Positions 37,301 to 50,000 of a DNA stretch of 64,000 nt are shown here, piece after piece. Below the pieces are notes generated by a model. The model was not told the DNA's origin and did not search any database. It saw only the letters and a program-made list of their open reading frames with translations. Position 1 is the stretch's first letter. Every line of letters starts with the position of its first letter. The stretch lies in the NCBI GenBank assembly GCA_030141605.1, contig JAQGDQ010000131.1, positions 1-64,000 on the forward strand. The letters run 5' to 3'. This stretch comes from Tubiluchus corallicola. Lineage: Eukaryota; Animalia; Priapulida. Position numbers and translations under genes: made by a program.

Positions 37301-40300
37301 AATTAGAGGTTGAAGTTTCACCTGCCATCAGAACTAAGCCAGGTACGCTAAACTTGACATTCTGTATGACTTCATTTCACTTGTTCTTAACGTGTGCAAT
37401 ACGTTAACTGAAAACTTTCCTTCTCACTTTCTTAATAGTCTCTCTGTGATTAACGAGGTATTATTTAATAAGAAACATTAGTCATTAACATTTGAAATCC
37501 TTTGTGTTTGCAACTTATTATTTTGCATTATAGGTGTAAAAATTTGCTCATATAAAATTACAAAAACTCATCATGGCAAGACGCCGTTTGAAGTCATCCT
37601 GCAGGACAAGGAGACTGGCGAGGCGAAGGTGATGGCGACCGAAATGCCGAACTGCGAGAAGCGCCAGCACAACAAGTTTGATTTTGCAGCAATTGGTTGT
37701 GATGGTCAAATTTCAAAAAGGTAAGGATATTATTCGACAACTTAAACCTTATTTACACTGCTGAGAAACCTTATTCCATTCACTTCATGTAGATATCTTA
37801 TGTGTAGTTATGGGAGATCCCCCCATGTAATGAAAAGTGCTTGTGCAATACCAGCAGAAGGTAGCAAACAGGTATGTGTGAGCATTTGTCTGTTTACATT
37901 ACAAAACTAATTAGTACATCTATGACCAAAGGAGTTAGTCGCCAAAAATCCACTAGCCATAGTGGTCTGTTTACTGTGTCTGCAGACTGGTTTCATTCCA
38001 TCTGGTTCCAAAAAAGTACAGTCCGAGTATTTTTTGTCTAGTGTGAATGGGGATTTAGGGATGTGCTTGCAATCATTGCGATGGCATATCATTTCATTAT
38101 ATATATATATATATTTACTTTATGATTGTGTTTTGGTGGGTGACCATAAACAATTCAGTGATTCTCTGTAGTTTTGTGCTTCGTCATTCACAAAGCAAAA
38201 ATTCTTCACCTTTTTGGGACTGAGTCTTGTTTAATAATGCAAAAGTTCTGTGTTAATATATTGTGCGTGTCCCCTAATCGTGTTTATCTCCAAAACTAAT
38301 CTATGATAAATTTCGAAAGCAGCATTTTTGTGCAAAAATATTTTATTAGAGGCAAAAGATACAGAATCTATACAGAACTCGGCCATTGTTAAAGTTTCTT
38401 CCCTTGAGTCTATCTGCTTTCCTTATCTTCCTTTCTCTTTTTATACCTCCTTCCCTTCCCACCGCTTAGTAGTGACAACACCACCTACATCCTCCAATGA
38501 TGAGCTTGTGTAATAATATGGACGTGCTATTGTGTTTACTGTCATTATGAATACATTATTCTTGTTCCGTGTCCTGTGTAAACGCTACTGTATTATCATG
38601 ATTATTCATTGAAACCCTGTGAATCATCGTCGTCAACGAATCGTCGCACACACTTTTCCTGGTAATTTATGCGAAGCCTTCGCATGACATTTACAATTTC
38701 CGTGTCATAAAAATCTCTAGCTTAATTTATGAGTCGATAGCCATGATTCGTGGTTGCGTATCACAGATTGGTTTCCCCTCAGCTGTGTGAGTCATAAGGT
38801 TCATAACGATTCGTTTTGTCTGGGTTAATTTGTCTGCTGATAGAAAAATTAGTTGGACAAATTGTTCACAGAAGGGGGTTTCCGGACTACTTGCTTTTTT
38901 CACTGCCATCCGCTGCCTGCCAGGCTTCATTATGATCCAGTAGATCATTCTGTGCATTTTCAGAAAAATGTAAACGTAAAGCTGGTTTATAGTTGAAAAT
39001 CTCAGTCACTGAGTTACTGCACTTAAATATTTCTAATACATTTGTAAACTTGTGATTCGATATGCACTGTGATTTGATGTGACGTCACATGAGTGACTCG
39101 ACGTTACGTAAAATAAAGTGATGTGATGATGTGCGAAATGGTGCAATGTATGATGTAATGTGATGCGATTACGTAATGCCTAATGATGTGATTTTATGTA
39201 ATATAATATGATATGTTGTGTCGTGTCGTGTTGTGTTGTGTTGTGATGTGATGTGGTATAAAATGAAATGGCATCGGTTTTACTGTTAGTTGATCATATT
39301 TTTGCTTACTATTTGTGATACAGTGCATGATGTGAAGCAGTCTGATAATTTTAATGATATTATACAAACAGATCAACAAGCAGAATAGCATTAATTAACA
39401 AGATTAGTAAGCAATGTGAATATATGCAATTAAGTGAGAGTAAGATATGTTAGTATAGCGTACAACTCATTCCTGATGCAGTGTGCTTTCATGTGTTGTG
39501 ATTTTGGATCCGCAATTCGATCGTCGAAAATAAACTACAAAAAAATCTGGGGAATCCAGCGACATGCAGGACCTATTTCAAGGGGGTAAGTGGGGATACT
39601 TCCCCGGGGCCTCACCCTCCAGGGGGGCCTCGCGCGAAGGTAATATTTTTTTGCTTTATGCAAACATACTGCCTCCCCTCTCCCTCTGTCTCTCTCTCTT
39701 GCCGCATGTGCGCTGTTTGCCAGTATTGACAAGTATTAAGGACCGGTCTTGAGAATAAGTTTTTCTTTTAATTGTTCTTTCCCTTAACAACTGTATAACT
39801 CCATATTTTCTCTTCGAAAATGCTTCTCCGGCGTTCTAGCAGTTCAAAAATTTTCTGGGTGCCAACCATGGTGGCGACCGCCCCACCCCCGATGGGGTCT
39901 CACACGCCCCACTTCCCCAGTCCTCGCCTAGGCTGAAATAGGCCCTGGCGACATGTACATTGAGCATAATATTTTTAACACCCGGCCCGATTTCACAGTT
40001 CGCACAGTAAAGACGACCTTTAAGTTTAGACGTAGTATTTATTTTTCTCGCCTAACGTTATTTTTCTCGCCCCAAATCCCTTCAACTATTGCTTGATCAA
40101 ACACACTCGCCAGTAAATAGCTTGGCAACTTACAAGACTTTGGGATTTACAGGCTTAACAATTTACACGCAGCAATAAACTGGGCTTCGGGGAGAGTAAA
40201 ACTTGCGATAAAATGCTTCAGCAACATTTTACCGCTGCGATAACGCTAATTGTTTAAGTACAGTTTCACATTCTGCGTGCTAGTCAATCGTTTTTCAATG

Positions 40301-40948
40301 TCTGGCGAACCGGTTAGAATGATCAGGACTATCAATGCATTTTGAAATAAAAAGGATCCCATTGAAAAAGATAGCACGTTAATTTCGTTCATATTCGTTA
40401 ATCACCACATTTCAAATTAATCAGTCGGTTATTTCAGTCTCGTGATGTCTGTAGGCGTGTGTTCGGTTGAATTGTGTTGTTTTCTTTGTAAAGCTCGGAA
40501 TGTGAACAGAGTTTTATCTTTTGACTCTAAAATTTAATAAAAAAGTTCGATCCGCTCAAAAATCTGATCACGCCTCGCTAAACATCACCGAATGTCATCA
40601 GCACAAGGACTATCTATTAATCTGGGGGACTTTTGTTAAATGTCAAAAATGTGATGTTTATCAAACGTGAAAGCATGTTCAGTAGATGCACAACAGTTGC
40701 ATACATTGTCTGATATGTAAAAGCAATTTTTATTACTGTTTATTTAAGTATGCTACATTAACCTATTTGAGTGTATCTATTACTGCATCACCGTCTGTTA
40801 CATTTTGCTTCTAGTGCTTGTATTGTTGCCAGGCTATATTTTGATTAATGTCCCGAATGTAAGAACAACATAGTCTTTAAATTGGGTCCAGTATACAGAC
40901 ACATTTTTGCGCTTGGATTATATTCAGTGTATATATTACATATATATG

Positions 40949-40984
<36 letters not shown>

Positions 40985-40994
40985 CATATATATG

Positions 40995-41069
<75 letters not shown>

Positions 41070-44000
41070 CACTGCTACAGATTTTCTTCGCAAAGCTCTC
41101 TTAATTTCATCGAACCCAGTTCTAAGTACAGAGTGTTATAAAAAATAGTGCAGCAGCTATATTTCTGAGCAAGAGAGACTCAGAGAGAGAAAAGGGAACA
41201 TTGTGCAAGTATTTCTTCTGGAACACCCTGTATTAAGTTATTGCAGTTTATAGCACAAGCCAGATGTTCGGTTCAGTCTACATGTACTTACTTCCATTCT
41301 GATTCCTCAATCCTCATTTTGTAATGTACATATACTCTAAGCTAATAGAATTCAGTAATACACGTGCTAAATATCGGCAAACAAGCATGAGCAATAGCAG
41401 ATGTGATTTATTGTTAATGATAAATGACTTCAATTAATAGTGTTAATTAACATGACAATCACATCCTTTGTTAAATAATGTAAACTTAATGCTTACTCAT
41501 TCCCTCTTCATTAACTAATTCACATGTACTAAAGATTTTGTAAGTTAGTCTTATCAAGACTGTGTGTAAATCACTTTTCTCCCATATTCTCTCAACTTCC
41601 ATGCAGAAGTGTCAATTACATGTAAAACGTGGCTATAAATCTATGTTTCCCCGTCCGACTGTCAGAGTTGAATTAACGTCCATAAAAACCCGACCATTAA
41701 AGCCAGTAATTCTAAGAAAAGTTACACAAGAAAGAGTATTTGAACTTGAAAGTCTTTCAAGGTTGTTGCAATGTTAGCTGCACATTCCTCTAATAATTAA
41801 CTGGACGTTATGATGTTGCGCGCCAACGGCGTTCTTAACTACCAATCATTCACAGATATCATTCAGCCACACCTGTGAGACGAGTACCACGACCTGGGCA
41901 GTACATTTTTATAAGTGTCTTGAAAGATGCAGAGTATGATATTGTTGTGATAATATTATGTCAAATCATGAATCCTGTGTTAATCCAAGGACACTTTTTA
42001 TTTGTCATTATCTAAGCCTTTCTAGACCACTTTCACAGTTTCATGTTTTATGGCTGAGTTTCAAAATGATGCCTTTTCATGTGGATAATGTAACAGTTTT
42101 CATTAAAGCATACTTTTATTGAGGACTGACTGGATTGCTTGTGAAGTGGGGTGGTTCGGATGAGTTAAACTTATGATGGCTAATGGATGACTATCTTAGA
42201 TCATTTTCACGTTTCCCTACCACCAGGAGGCTCCACGAGTATTCTTCCAGTTTTCGATATTCAAGAAAGGCTGTAGATGGAGGCTGTGGTACTCACTTTA
42301 ATGCTGGTGATACTTTGGATATCTTAAGCATTGCACTGACTGCAATCTAGAATTCTAGATACTTGTAAAAAGCATCCTTTTTGTTTCCAGATATGCAGTT
42401 ATACCCAATTTATGTAATCAGTGCTATTTATCACTTTGTTGAGCAGTATAGTTGTGTTTTCCTTGAGGAAAATGGACCCAATGAGCAGTGGCATCAGTGC
42501 GTAGGCTGAGGAACAAAAACAAACTTCTTTTTGATGACCATCTAGGTTCTTTCTGAGTATGTTCTGCCTTTTTCATGGCATTACAGTCCTGTTGGGCAGG
42601 CAGTAGTGGGCCAAAGGACCTGGTTTACTACATTGGCATCAGATCTGAAAGCATTTAGTAGGAATTAATTTCGATAATACTTTTTATACAATTTACAGAT
42701 CATTTTAAACTAAGTCAATTTCGATAATACTTTTTATACAATTTACAGATCATTTTAAACTAAGTCAATGGCATTCAAGATAAGGGGTTACAGTAAAACT
42801 GTGGAGATTAAATACATATAACTTTTCAATATATATATATATATAATCATATTTAAACAGAAAAGTGACCTGCACTTTATTGAAGATAGTTAATTAAAGG
42901 TTTTCAATTTTAATCGTATTCCATCCACCCTGGTTATTTCTACTTCAAGAAATTTTCATTTACAATTCAGCCAAACCTGTTTTCTGTTAGGTTTTATGCA
43001 CATAATTTCATTTGCATAATTGTCGTGCAGCGCACAAATTTCCGCGAGCTAATCATCCAAATGCTGGTAATGATTTAATGGCAAAATGTAATTTTCCGAT
43101 GGATAGATTTGTAAGTAATAATATGCCTGCATTTAAACTGTTGATTTTGCTGGGCAATTACGTGTAATTTTACGGCTTTTGTGAAACTGCAACTGACATT
43201 TAAGTAGCTGGTCGGATAATAGCAGGATCTCGAAAATTTCCATCGTGCAAACTGAACTATGGTATTTTCTGAATTAATGTAACATACATTCATTTTACTC
43301 TACTGTGTGTTTAAATTAACTAATAAAATAAAATACACATAGTAAGAATTATGTTGATTACACCATCATTCAACCGCAACATGTACCTAATAATGTAACT
43401 AGTCATTTAGATCTTGGTTCTTGATTCAAACTCTGGTTGAAAAGAAGAAGAAGAAGAGCTTTTGTTTCTTCCTCAGTCTGTAAGAAAATTTATTCGCAAA
43501 GTGGACAAAATACACATAGCCCATTCCTGGTCATTCACTAGTTTCGATAGGGTCGTTTTAGCTTGCTGGTGTGCTTAGGAACTATCCTTGTTTCTTTAGG
43601 CACTCTACTGTGCTAGTTACATCAAAGTCCTGGGAATGGTTTACTTTAAGGAATCACAAAGTAAGCTTGTACACTGTTGTTTATTTAACAATGCTTAACT
43701 TAGGTTGCTTTATTGTTTCTTTCAGTGCAACAATACGAATCTCAGTTGTGGATGTGAATGAATATGAGCCTTACTTTTTGGGAACAAGTTACGTCATTGC
43801 CGTTGACGAAGGTCAGATGTTTGACAATATCGTCCAGGTGGAAGCGGCAGACGATGACTGCTCACCAAACTACGGCGATATTTGCAAGTATGAGATCTTG
43901 ACTCCTGATCAGCCATTCACCATTGATGCAGAAGGTTAGCATGTGATGTTTCTGTTTTCCTTAAAAAAAATGAAATCAAAGTTTCTGTTCACTCATGATT

Positions 44001-47000
44001 GGTGCTGGTTGTGGTAATGGTGATGGTGGCGGCGGAGGTGATGATGGTGATAATAACACAAATTGTCTTTATCCACTTAATATAACTGGTAGAGTCCAAT
44101 AAATTATGATTTTGGGGCATCTACTTGAGTATTTGCTGGGACTTCGTGTACCTACAGAATAGCATTTAGAAATATAAAATGGTGCAATATGGTTTGCTTA
44201 AAACATGTCCATATGGACAGTTGCACAAAAATACTCTTAAATTTTGGCAATTTAGGAACATCAACTTCTGTGCGTCCGTATAGTGTAGTCCATTAAATAA
44301 ACAAATCATGAGATTTTATATGGTTGAAATATTGTTTCTTTGCAGTATTGTAGCTGTCTAATCCTTGATACTGAAGTTATTGAAGTTGCTTTTTACTGAA
44401 ATGCTGTTGTTTAAACTCATTTTTCCGGCTGCGTTCTGTTGTGATATCGTGTAGTATTTTCCTGTAGAAACCAAATGGTTAACCAAAAATGGATACATTT
44501 TCGAAAAAGTGTAACACTTTGCCTGGTCCACTAAACGTACATAAACACAGTTAAATGTTAAGCAAAGTACATACAGGTCCTTACCATATAGAAGATACCC
44601 ACTTCTCAGTTAAGACAATCAACAGTTAAATTAACGAGGAGGTAAGCTCTGTAAAGTTGTGAGTCAAGCCGAGTAGAAACCCAAAACCTTACAAGTGGTC
44701 ACAAAATAGATATAAAGTAACAGTCATCTACTTTTATGCAAATTTGCTTTATAAAATAGTGATGAGTATAATGTAATATATATTATTATAATATTTATTA
44801 CAATATAATAAATAATGTCTCGTTAATCACAAGGTAGTAGAAAGCGTAGTGTTCACACTGTTTATGGTGATATGTCAAAGTTGTGAATTCAAATCAACCC
44901 TCTTATTCCTTTTTCATCAAAGAAAGTTTAAAATAATGATATTAGTATGTGGTATACCTTTGAATGGCCTTTGATTATTGATTGATTAATTTCTAGTCAT
45001 TTTTTATTGCAGGCAATATCAAGAACACAGAACCATTAGACTGGAATAAGAATCGCAATCACATATTGAGCATCGTGGCATATGACTGTGGCATGAAACG
45101 CTCGAAGCCGGTTATGGTAAACATTCGAGTGAATAAGGTGTGCCAGATGGGTTGGACAGGTGAGTTTACTAATCTTGTAAAGTTGTCATATCGTATATAC
45201 CGTATTTGTGAATCCATTTCAGTGCTAAAATTCTTACTTCATTGATCTGCAACATTAAATGCATGCTTGTCTTAGTGGGCTCACTTTAGTATTTTCTTGA
45301 TATTTTAAATGACTGATGCATGTAGCTACTTAGTGGTTTTTAGCTGAAGTTCATGCTTCAAACAAGAGCAATGATTTCTCTTTGTAGTTACTGTGTAATA
45401 AAAGAAAATTACAATAATGAAGTCCAGGTATCTGAATAAAATATTTCTTATTTTAAAAAATGCATTTTTGTATTTTACCAAGGAATAGAGAGTGTTACTA
45501 ATTTATATGCAATGACTAGACACATTTTGCAGATATCTTATTTAAACTATAAGAACCAGTTGCTGTTTTGCAAACAAACTATACAGTCAAATACAGCATT
45601 CCCACAATATTAAACAAAAGTTATAAAACTTTAAAAGATTAAAATGATTTTCATTAATGCCTAAAAACAATTTTCATTGTTTTTTGGACACAGTTAGCCA
45701 GTTTCTATCACTTTTTCATTGCTTTATGGCTTTAGTTTTTGTTCATGTAAAGACTGTTGCACCATGTCTTTTGTAATAACATCCTAAAGGTGCAAAAGTG
45801 TGCTATTTTGTTTACTTCTTCCCTTTATACCTGAAGTTTTTTTTCCAATCTATAGTGTTCTAAAGCTTCTGTAAGTTTAGCTATGCACATAAGAAGATTT
45901 AAAAAAATGCTGTTTTTTGTTACGTAACTTTCTTGTAGTTTGCACTTTTAGACGTGTATTTTAATTCATTTTCAAAAAAATATTTTTTATTTTTGCCTCT
46001 GTCGATTCAGTGGGTTATCTTAGAGAGAAATCATTGATAGTGAGTCCGATGATGCCACAAACATCTCGTTGAGTAGGCCCTGCCTTTAAGTGCTGGATTC
46101 GTTCTGGCTTGAACTGTATAAAAAACTATCCCTGACTAATACAAACATTGTAACCTACGCGGTAGTGTGCATTTGTACATCATTTACAGCTTAATACACA
46201 TCATTTTCCGCCGTTGTGGTGTGCCTGTATTATCAGAAAGATTTCTTTCTATACACAACATTTCTTGATTTTTGCTATTGACAGTGAAGTAGGTAGCTTA
46301 ACATTGCATGTACTTTTCAAGTTTTGCCGTAAAACTTTGAGTAAACACGGGATAATTACAGGAAAGTGTAATCCCATCTCTGCTGTGTATCACTTCCTAT
46401 TAAGCTTGATTGAAGTGCAATTAGAGTCACGTGCGTGCAGTAGATTGTGTGTAGTATAATTGTCTGATGTTAGTGGATATTAAGGGAAAAAGATCATATT
46501 GAGATCTTGATCCAGATTTAAAGTATGTTAATAAGAAATACATTCATGTGATCGAGACGGGGGTCAGTTGGCTGCTGACATCTGCGTCAGCTGTAGGATG
46601 CTTGAAATGCTATTACTGTTGGACTGTTACTAACCATTTTTGTTATTGCATTTCTTTTTAACAAAGGTTTATAAATGGTAGAAAGTGTTCATTTGCTTTA
46701 GTCGCAATCTGCTAATTTCGATCTGTTTAAACTTGGCATTTTTTTGCCATTACAAATGCTTTAAATTTTTCAGCATATAGTCCCTTTTTTATCTTCTTCA
46801 TGACGAAATTACGCTTCAGAAAGGCTACGTTTTCCCTTTGAATATGTTATTTATTGTTTCTCTTAGCATTTCATAATTTTCATGGAAGTGGAAGCATTTT
46901 AGTGCAACACATTATAACCACTCACCATTAGGGAGGATTTACTGAATTTATAAATTGAATAAAGTGTTTTAGACCACCGCAACCGTCTTGCCCGTATCAG

Positions 47001-50000
47001 ATAAGGTTAAATTGCTTAAAAATCAGTCCATGGATTAGAGATTGGCTGACAGGGATTTCAACATCTGTAGATATTAAAATTTCTCATAAAATCGTCATCA
47101 GCATTTTAATAAATGACTTTTGTAATGTTCACATAAAGCTGCAATTTTGGAAGGCAGCTTTTAAATTGTGATTGTTGAAATTGCATTGACCAGTACCTCG
47201 TATTCATATCAATATCTGCAGCTTGCACAATAGCTGGAAGAACTAATAGATGCATGAAAAACAAAAATGAACATTTTCCGTTGAAAATGTCGCTCTCCAT
47301 TTGGCACCTAGTGATGCTTATGAAAAAGGATGAAATTTTGCTAACATATGCTAGTTATTAATTTTTTGTATTTTTATAGGTATGGAAGACCTAGTAGATT
47401 ATGCACCAAGTTCTGGCAGACAAAGCTTGTTCAGTGATGCCACATTAGAATTATGCGACTCCAACTGTGAAGTGGATAAAGTCACAAGTACAGTGTCACT
47501 CACAACTAATCATATTGGAAAGGGTTGCGACCGTGACACATATTCTGCAAAGTCTCAGCGCAAACTGTGTGGTATGTACAGTGTGGTTTTTTTGTTCTAT
47601 TTTTAAATTTTATTGACAAATTACTTTTGGAGGCTCTCATTATTTCTTTGGTTTACGAGGTCGGTCTACACTAATCTGATTTTCTGAAAGATTTTCCCTT
47701 TAGGTTTCTTTGTAAAATATAATTTGCTAGACTGTAATTGTCAATCCCAAATGATGATGCCTAGATGTTCATTGTGCTATGAATGTATATGTCTGTCCCA
47801 TGTTAGTCTCTGCCAAGTGAAGACCAAAAGACTTATTATTAGTAATTAATAGAGCAGGTTGTTTAATGGAATTCTGATTTTTTGACATTTTTTCGTTTTA
47901 GTTTATTTAGCAAAACCAAAGAGCAACTGCATGAATTCTGTGTGTGTGTAAGGTCAACTGCTTTTACACATTACACAAAATTGAACTTTATTATGGGTCG
48001 ATTTTCCCTTCCTCTTTTGCCAAACATTTTTTATAATAAACTTGGTTTCTCCAAACAGTTAGCCTCTCATAACTAATTGTTCAACCCTCTGGTAGTTTGA
48101 ATACTAAGCCCTCAGCTACTGGTCCTTCAAGTACGTTAGTGCTTCAACTAAGGTATAACGTATATGTATTTTTGACAAAATGTACCTAATTACCTTTGAG
48201 ATTAAAGTAACGAGAATGGGTTGATGATCAAGTGTATTAGGCTCTTAAAATCTGTGCTATTTTAACTAAATATTAGTCTAACTCTAGCCACCTCAAGAAA
48301 GACAGTTAATGACAGTGTGTTGAGGGAAACAGGTTGTCAAACACAAATCCACATGGGCAGCATAGAGTAAACTCAGTTATAACATGTTTTATTTGGCTTC
48401 TGATGAAGCAGAATGCTTGCACTGAAGCCGACCCTGAACATTAGTATTTATGGGCTTCCTCTTCGGGTAACCGTAATTTCAGTTCATGTGAATTACGAGT
48501 TGGACGGAGATGTTTGAATTTAATCAAACCCATAACGTGTTTTTCTAGTGCTATTAGGCATTATTAGACAAGTGGCGGACCACCACGGGTTGTTTCCTTT
48601 TAGCTTTAAAACCTTGTGGTTTCAAAGAAGTAAAATATTTAGATGTTGTTTTGCTGATTTAAATACCTATTTTTTGCATTTTGCACAAATGACATATCCT
48701 TTATCCAACTAAGTCCCAGAGAAGAAAACAGAACCAACTATTTTCAGAGGTAGATTCGGGCAATATTTTCAGAGATAGTTTAATCAGGTGATATTTTCAG
48801 AGATTGTTTATTCAGGCTATTAATTGCTTTACTGTGCCAGTTGACATATTATATTTGTCAACATATGTATATATTTTCATAATTTTAAGTTGTTTTTAAT
48901 TCATACTTTTGAGCGGCTTGTTTTTTGAGCCGAAAGATAATAACATTCACTAGTTTTATCACTTGAATACGTCTGCTATACTTATTTATCTGGATCGGCT
49001 GTTTTTCAATTATAACCAATAGTTTGTGTTTTCAAGGTGCTTCAGACCTCAGCATTGATTTATTACCATCCCCTGGCGTCGGCGAGGAATGGACAAGCAA
49101 CCTTCCCAAGGACGATGGCCAAGAATCCGACCAAATTTACTCTTTCGACGGTAAGTAGCTTAATTTGAGGTATACACAGCATCTGCGGCAGAACATTCTT
49201 CAAGCGGCAGATTGTTTTCTGTTAAATAATCCGTCCGATTGTTTCACCGGATGCTTTATCATGAGTTATGTTAGAATGTGAAGTTGCAGCGGTAGAATTC
49301 CATTGTAAGCTGCAAATTATGAGGAAATTTAACCTGTGCATGTTCTTCCATATATTTACACAAGACAATTTTATTAACTGCATAAAAAATAATGGATAAT
49401 TTCAGTGGAAATGGTTTTATAAATGGTAGTAACGCTGTTTTGTATTTTTGGAGGCGAGAGCAATGCTGTTGTGATACCCGAGGAGACAGTTAGCCACAAT
49501 CTGACAAACGAATTCACTATAGCTGTTTGGATGAAACATGGAACTGGCACTGCTGGCAAGAAAGAACAAATTATTTGCAGCGCTGACGATCACAGTGAGT
49601 AAAAGTCATTTAAGGTGTTAGCAAAACCAAATCTAAGAGTATTCAATTTTTTAAGTGCAAAATTAAACTATTTTTGTAATGGTATGTAAGTGAAGTAATT
49701 TGACAAGTCTGGCAAATTTGTTTTGCACTGGGATGTGAGCCAGTCATTGTCTTCTGTATTCCGGGTTTTTCATTCATGCTCAAAATGCATAAACATGTGA
49801 TGTCAAGTTTGTAAACATTAACGTTTTATTATTTAACCCTTTCACTACATAGTTAACTTTTTAACTGGGCCTCATTAGCTTTTGCACATTTGACAATAAC
49901 TTCTTGTGGTGTATTACTAAAACAGAATCTTGTAAACAAACAAAGAGTTGTTCGTTATTGAGTACTAATATTAAATATTAGTTTTATTTCTACACACGCA

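Noticed and set aside
40845-41148. YI-repeat ORFs on both strands
   Set aside because: Translation artefacts of the (AT)n microsatellite.
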